A stretch of DNA of 64,000 nucleotides from Macrostomum hystrix (Eukaryota > Animalia > Platyhelminthes), in assembly GCA_950097015.1 (NCBI GenBank), contig CATNEN010000001.1, positions 26,970,001 to 27,034,000 of the forward strand, in the 5' to 3' direction. The translations under genes and the position numbers were made by a program. Under the pieces are notes generated by a model. That model saw only the letters and a list, made by a program, of their open reading frames with translations, made no database searches and was not told the DNA's origin. Shown here piece by piece: positions 61,733-64,000 of this stretch. Within the stretch, counting starts at the first letter, position 1; every line of letters begins with the position of its first letter.

Positions 61733-64000
61733 ATAGCCATTAAATCTTGAGCTTGTGCCTGATTCATCTTGCTTTAATCGCTGCTTCTCTAATCCTTTCC
61801 GCTGCCACCAAAGTTGTACCAGGGCTTACTTCTTTTTACTTAATTCTACTGAATGCCACCAAAGTTGTACAGGTGGAAATTAATTATCTCACCGTTGTTA
61901 TCAAAGTTGTACTGGGCTATTTTAATATTTCTACTACAGTTGACTCACATTAACTGGTGGACCTTAAAAGGGCCGTTTTAACTTCTCAAATGGTAGCGTT
62001 TATATATGCACGAGCGGTAATTAGGCAACTGTATACTTTTCCAGCCGATTAGGCGTCCCCGAGATTAGAGTTTAGCAGTTCCCTTCGATAATATTCTTAG
62101 TATAACTTCTGAGTATAATTCTAATTATACTTCTCACTGCTATCTTCCTTTAAAATGAATAACACAATGCAAAGCTGTCGGAAATTTATCTTTTAAACAC
62201 ACTTAAAACTATATTTACAAACACCTCTTGAAAAACTACTTCAACTTTTAAACTCTTTAAACACTCTCCTGAAACACTTTAATACTCTTGTACAAAGGCT
62301 TTCAGCTTTAACTCAACTCAACAATTTCAACTTCAACTCTAAAAACACATACTTCGAAACACTCTTACAAACTCACTGAAACACTTCGAGCACTTTCGAA
62401 CTCTCTCGGACTCACACACAGGTTATTTTTCCAGACCAAATGTGCGGCTATTTATAGTGAGAAAAATTAACTTTTGTTTAAACGGGAGCATTTTACATAA
62501 TATTATTTATAATATGCGATTTAAAACAAAATTATTTACATACAGTATTACTTTTGATACGGTACAAAGATAAACAAATTATTATTTTTTTTTGGCGCAT
62601 TTTTAATTTTATTTATTTTTATAATTTTTATAATAGAATAACGTATATACAAGAGGCTAACTATTACAATAGTTAACTACTAACTACCGTAACTGCAGAT
62701 TTCCCTGTTTTTTTTTCTTTATAATTATAGTCCATAACACATTGGAACCTCATTTTCACACGAATTAAGGATTTCACTACATTTTGAGACATAATTAATA
62801 CGTCAGTTCAGCTAAAAAGAGACACCTTGCCTCGAAAGCAATGCATACGAAGCAGTTATGTTGCTTTTAAATATAAATAAAAGAATATTTATTATGTTGT
62901 CTTTAGCTTTGCCGGAGTTTTAAAGTAAGTTTTAGTTTTAAGAACATCGCTTAACAAATCTTTAATTTTTTACACTTAAGCACATAAGCACATAAAATTT
63001 GGTTAACGGATATGGTTTATTTTATCATAGGCGTGCATTATTTATTGTAGCAAAGGAACTGGAGGATAAAACTTAAAATTGGTCGATTACTTTAATTTGA
63101 ACTTTTAATTTTCGTAACTTAGTACCGGTTGTAAGTGTAAGGCTCACGCTGTCTTGTTGATGTATCGAGAGTATAGAGATAATTTCAAAACGCTCATAAA
63201 TTCAAGGTAAATAAAATGACTAATTAAAAATGTATTCTTATAATCTAAGTATTTCGCAACATCTTTTTAGAGTACTCTTTTTACCGCGTTTGCATCGTTA
63301 AAATTATATTACGCGAAATGCTTGTTTACCTCTTTGGCAATAACTTCTTGGAAGTTTCAACTGACGCATAGATTGTAAAATAAATATATCGTATGCTTTG
63401 TTTACTCTCCTACATTCAGTTCATTTATAATTCGGTCAGTTCTTTCCCTAAGCTAGCCACGTTTCAGCTTTAAAGGTGGGCAATTTTCCTGTTTCGTTCG
63501 TAAAATTATAATTTCATTTGAAAAAAACGTATTTCGCAACGAGAAATGATGCAAAAAGAGTTCAAACATTGACTTCAAAGTTCTAAGTAGCCGAAGGTGT
63601 TAAGTGTATCTGTTTAGAGTGGATAATAATGGGCAATCCAGAAGAGTATGTTGCCAAGGGTGTTATGTAGTTGAATTGTCAAAATAATAAAATTAGTTGT
63701 AAAACTAATTAAAACATACAAGTAGGCCTAATCATTAGGTATTCATTAATAACCATACAGAGTTTAATCTTGTGTATGTTGGGTTTTGTTGAGAGTCGGA
63801 AAAATAATGATTAATTGTACCTTACAGTGGTATAGTGTGGGTGCATCTTACAATACATGAATTCCTTGAGATGCGACTCGAATAGGGCCTTGCTCAAAGC
63901 CTCAATGAGGTTTGTGTGCACAGTTGGATCTTAAAGATTATATGGCAAGCTGGTAGTTGACAATAGTAGTAGTAGGCCTATGATTTATGGAGATGTGCTT

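Larger units (their letters stand above)
50066..62668 (-). mobile_element. Full-length Ty3/Gypsy LTR retrotransposon (outer element)
   Basis: TG..CA LTRs at 61815-62668 (5') and 50066-50917 (3'); I saw only one substitution and one 2-nt indel between them. 4-bp TSD ATAG at 50062-50065 and 62669-62672. PBS TGGTGGCAGCGG (tRNA-Leu type) at ~61799-61811; PPT AGAGAGGGAAAGT at 50918-50930. Confidence 0.96.

Overview
Eukaryotic, intron-containing animal DNA that is very rich in minisatellites. Gene content and repeat style suggest a flatworm such as Macrostomum; this is inference only. I could reconstruct six spliced genes whose exon phases close: a secreted S1A trypsin-like protease (+, 9298-14958), a WSC+PAN/apple-like secreted protein (-, 17841-18681), a C-terminal-motor kinesin-14 (-, 20282-29746), a pannexin-like large-pore channel gene nested antisense in a kinesin intron (+, 25897-28155), an ST7 orthologue (+, 32759-43551) and an EGF/TSP1 membrane protein (+, 46464-49544). 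There is also an M1 aminopeptidase pseudogene fragment, an internally deleted LINE, an internally deleted mariner and several MITE/foldback elements. A young 12.6-kb Ty3/Gypsy element (50066-62668, -) has a -1 frameshift site and a third, non-env ORF with its own TATA/CCAAT motifs. A second, integrase-deleted Gypsy element has inserted into it at the gag start. The very long ORFs in the track are artefacts of stop-free tandem repeats. The main cross-cutting pattern is that many tandem arrays are built from, or sit on, RNA-processing signals: a 5' splice site, a 3' splice site, branch-point-like motifs and a stop codon.
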